A DNA stretch of 64,000 nucleotides. It comes from Eledone cirrhosa (Eukaryota). Positions 56,600 through 64,000 of the stretch are shown one piece after another. The notes under the pieces are model-generated. The model saw only the letters and a program-made list of their open reading frames with translations. It was not told where the DNA came from and searched no databases. A program made the position numbers and the translations under genes. Each line of letters opens with the position of its first letter. Position 1 is the stretch's first letter. Location: the NCBI GenBank assembly GCA_964016885.1, contig OZ024743.1:190836001-190900000 (forward strand), in the 5' to 3' direction.

Positions 56600-57585
56600 C
56601 TATTTATACATTTGAACTGAAAAATCAATAAATTACAAATTTGACTTTTGCACTTGGCGTAGGTCTCTTTGAAAAATGTTTTGACCGATGTCTCCGCCGG
56701 ACCTTCATCTATAAGTGTAGCAAGTTCACCGAAATTTGAACGTACGGTTTAAGAGATGTGTGCCGACCGTTTTAGTAGACAGACAGACAGACAGAAAAAC
56801 CTCAGTTTTATATATATAGACTAGCAGAAAACCACCCGGTGGGCGGTTTTCTGCTAGCAAATCTAGTGTATATACTGAAATTTTAATCATACCATTAGGT
56901 GTGAATAAGGAAATATTTTTTTATTGTCAAAACAAATGTTCAAAAGTTAAACTTCAATTTTTTGAATTATTTCCAATTTTTTCATGAAATTTAACACTGG
57001 ACATTGGCTGCTGGAAATGGAAATTAAATCGTATTTAATTGTATTTAAAGTTCCAACCTTATTTTATTATTTATATTTTTTCAATAAGAAATAAAAAAAA
57101 CAACAAAAAAAATTGAAGAAAAAATTGAACAAATCAAACGTAGGTTATGGAACTGCGCAATCTGATTAATAAATTACCTCATCAGCAGCAACCTTCTTCA
57201 AATGGTCCTTATTATCAGCTGCAACAACCAGAAATTCAATGGCAACCTTCTTCGCATAGTGTCAAGTCAGAACCGCCTCGAACTGGTTACTTCTGGCTTG
57301 TGCAAGGTGTTTCTATAACAACCAGCGATTCCCTCGGCCTCAGTGACCAAAGTCAGCGGAGAGGGGAAGGTAATGTTTCTGTAGCACGTGTTTTAGCGTC
57401 TGTTCACTCTCTCTCTCCATCTCTCCCTCCTGCTATCCCCCTCTCGTAGTCTGTCTCTTTTTTCCCCTCTCACTCTCTCTCTACGCACGTGTTTCCACTG
57501 TCAGACAGACAGACAGAGAAATTGCTGGTTATATATATAAGTAGACTAGCAGAAAACCACCCGGTGGGTGGTTTTCTGCTAGTCG
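56600..57585 (-). mobile_element. Helitron-like non-autonomous tandem junctions
   Basis: (gaca)n..ttatatatata then ctagcagaaaaccacccggtggg(c/t)ggttttctgctag at 56821 and ~57546. Confidence 0.55.
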
Positions 57586-57786
57586 ATATATATTTAACAC
57601 ACACACAAACACACAAACACAAATACAGACACACACACACATACATATATATATATACACCCATGTTCATATTTTGAGATGCTTTATTCTCAAATCAGAT
57701 TATTATCTCTGACAGGAAGAACTAGTTTATAAGTTTTAAGAAAAATTAAGCATACAGACATATTTTAGGAAACTTATGAATTCCTG

Positions 57787-57817
<31 letters not shown>

Positions 57818-58016
57818 TTACACATATACACACAGACACACGCACAGACAGACACACAAGCATACAGACACATACGGTAACACACCCATACCATACACAC
57901 ACTCATACATACGCACATATGCACACACGCTAACACACACATACACACGCACATACACACTTAAACCTATATATATGTATATATATATAGAGAGACACAC
58001 ATAATATACATATATA

Positions 58017-58049
<33 letters not shown>

Positions 58050-58617
58050 ATATATATTATATATATACACACACATATAACACGCACCCATATATAAAAT
58101 ACACACATGCACACACATACACACATATAACACACACACACATATATAACACACACACACATATATAACACACACACACATACACACACGCATATAACAC
58201 ACACACATATAATACACACACGCACACGCATACACACACATATAACACACACACACACACGCATACACACACATATAACACACACACATATATATATATA
58301 TTATATGCTCAGCCCCAGTGCGTTGGTTAAAACACCAAAAGCCAGTCTTAAAGTTGTCGTCTGTAAATTCAAAGAACTCGGCTGTGTCTGGCTAGATCTC
58401 CATGGTAACTACTCCAAGGTCGCGCGTGCCCTGGCTGGGATCGCAGGTGTCACGTGCTGGCCTAGAACGCTGGTTGTTGGAATCAGTGGTCGACGACATA
58501 ACATATATATTATATGTGTGTGGAATAGTATAAATATTTCTTCGTATTTACTAACATATATATATATATTATATATACATACATTATATATATATTATTA
58601 ATATATTACATACGTAC

Positions 58618-58721
<104 letters not shown>

Positions 58722-58798
58722 TTATTTAGTAAAATAAAAGATTAAAGTTTAAGCAAAGAACCGCTGCTTTCACCCTTAACGGGATCTTCTGAAACTAA

Positions 58799-58869
<71 letters not shown>

Positions 58870-59096
58870 CTGGTGATTTTTCAAGAATGAAACAGTTCTA
58901 GTCTATATATATATTACACACACAGAAATGTTTTGAGGTCAAATACCAATCCTACTAGCATCTACAAACTGACCAATGAGAATTAAGATTATTCCTGCTG
59001 ACAACATTAAATTATCCCTAACAAAGCTCATATGTCTCAGGGCTCTAAAACCATCAACACCAAAAACCCAGAACTGGCATATCTAGGAACTTATTA

Positions 59097-59152
59097 ACAG
59101 CCTGATGAGGTGATAGCCACACAGTGGCTATCATAGAAATATATATAGCAGT
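59097..59152 (+). ncRNA. Type I hammerhead in solo pLTR-like fragment (~58915-59287)
   Basis: acagc-CTGATGA-g-gtgatagccac(aca)gtggctatcat-a-GAAA-tatata-TA-gcagt. Confidence 0.8.
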
Positions 59153-59285
59153 ATATAAAGGATTATGAGTTCATGCAATTGGCTTATGTTTGGTCACTAT
59201 TAAAACTCCGGAATTAATATCTTCGTTGAGTGCTCCATATCCGCATACTGAATGCTGGATTTTACCAACACCTTTTTGCTTAGCT

Positions 59286-59323
<38 letters not shown>

Positions 59324-59685
59324 GTGTGTGTGTATTTCTATGGGTAGAGTGATGGTATTTTAAGACACCAATATTTTTAATGACTCTAGAAGAAACTCTT
59401 TAAGATGAATGAATAACTCATGCAATATTATAATTTCGTATTTCGTAATCCGAACAGCTACACTTATAGTCACACTAGATTATCGCAGACATGTGTGTAA
59501 TCCAGAAGCATATTTACTATAAATTTAACTCACAGGCAGAATTATAGTAAGAAAATGAATGACAGAATAACTCTATTGTCCAAGCGGAATGTATCTTAGC
59601 TACCATAAGATATATACGTATATGTATATATATGTATATAACGACTCAAAGTAACATTAACATCACTATACAATTTAGCTCCCGT

Positions 59686-63375
<3,690 letters not shown>

Positions 63376-63934
63376 TCATATATCATATTATATATCATAT
63401 TATATATCATATTATATATCATATTATATTATATTAAATTTCTATTTTCTGTTGATGATCGTTTTGGCTTAAATTATATATTCTGCTGAACAGAAAAACA
63501 GATGACTTACGTTGCTTTGCTATTTTGGGATACTGTCCTAAAATTTAAGATTATCCTTAGAGAAGAAAAAATAATGCTATTGAACGCCAAATATTTATTC
63601 TGTGAAAGAATACTATCTATGTTCACCTAAACCTCAAGAGACTAAGAAGTCTAAAAATTCACATCAATTTCCTTTTCATATCAGAAACCAAATAGAAACT
63701 TATCGCTACCAACAATGACTATGATTTTTGATGATAATGACAGACGAATATTTAAAAAGAAAAAAGTATCAACGATGAAAATCTTTAGTTAAACAATAAG
63801 AGCGACAAGGTTGATGAGAAGGATAACAAAGACGGTAGTCATGATAGTGACAAGATCAGAGATAATGTGGATGGTAAAGATGATGCTGATGATGGTGATG
63901 ATGATGATGTCGAAGATAAAGTATAACTCACTTA

Positions 63935-64000
<66 letters not shown>

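Noticed and set aside
56211-57449. ORFs 56211-56597 (-) and 57147-57449 (+) as host genes
   Set aside because: No recognisable domain; they lie in or beside Helitron-like units.

Overview
AT-rich, microsatellite-saturated eukaryotic DNA with no recognisable host exon. The SINE families and (TA)n/(CA)n density suggest a mollusc, probably an octopus or other cephalopod (inference). Almost all short ORFs in the track are microsatellite artefacts. The window is a nest of mobile elements dominated by Penelope-like elements (PLEs; RT plus C-terminal GIY-YIG): one near-complete copy with direct pseudo-LTRs (34.8-38.5 kb), two large fold-back copies (31.4-34.7 and 42.7-46.2 kb), degenerate copies and many solo pLTR fragments lying in (TA)n tracts. 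Also present are Tx1/L1, R4/Dong-like and CRE-like LINE relics, Helitrons, a mariner, pogo-type MITEs and tRNA-derived SINEs. Reading both strands by eye gives about 25 type I hammerhead ribozyme (HHR) motifs or remnants from many families. The highlights are: (i) a non-coding 421-bp tandem unit with a canonical minimal HHR, a candidate cephalopod retrozyme/circRNA (54.6-55.55 kb); (ii) HHRs with very long or branched stem II; (iii) family-specific palindromic stem III sequences; (iv) recurrent core variants (CAGAAGA, UUGAUGG); (v) a repeated fold-back insertion architecture next to (TA)n. All folds were assigned manually; no search or folding program was run.
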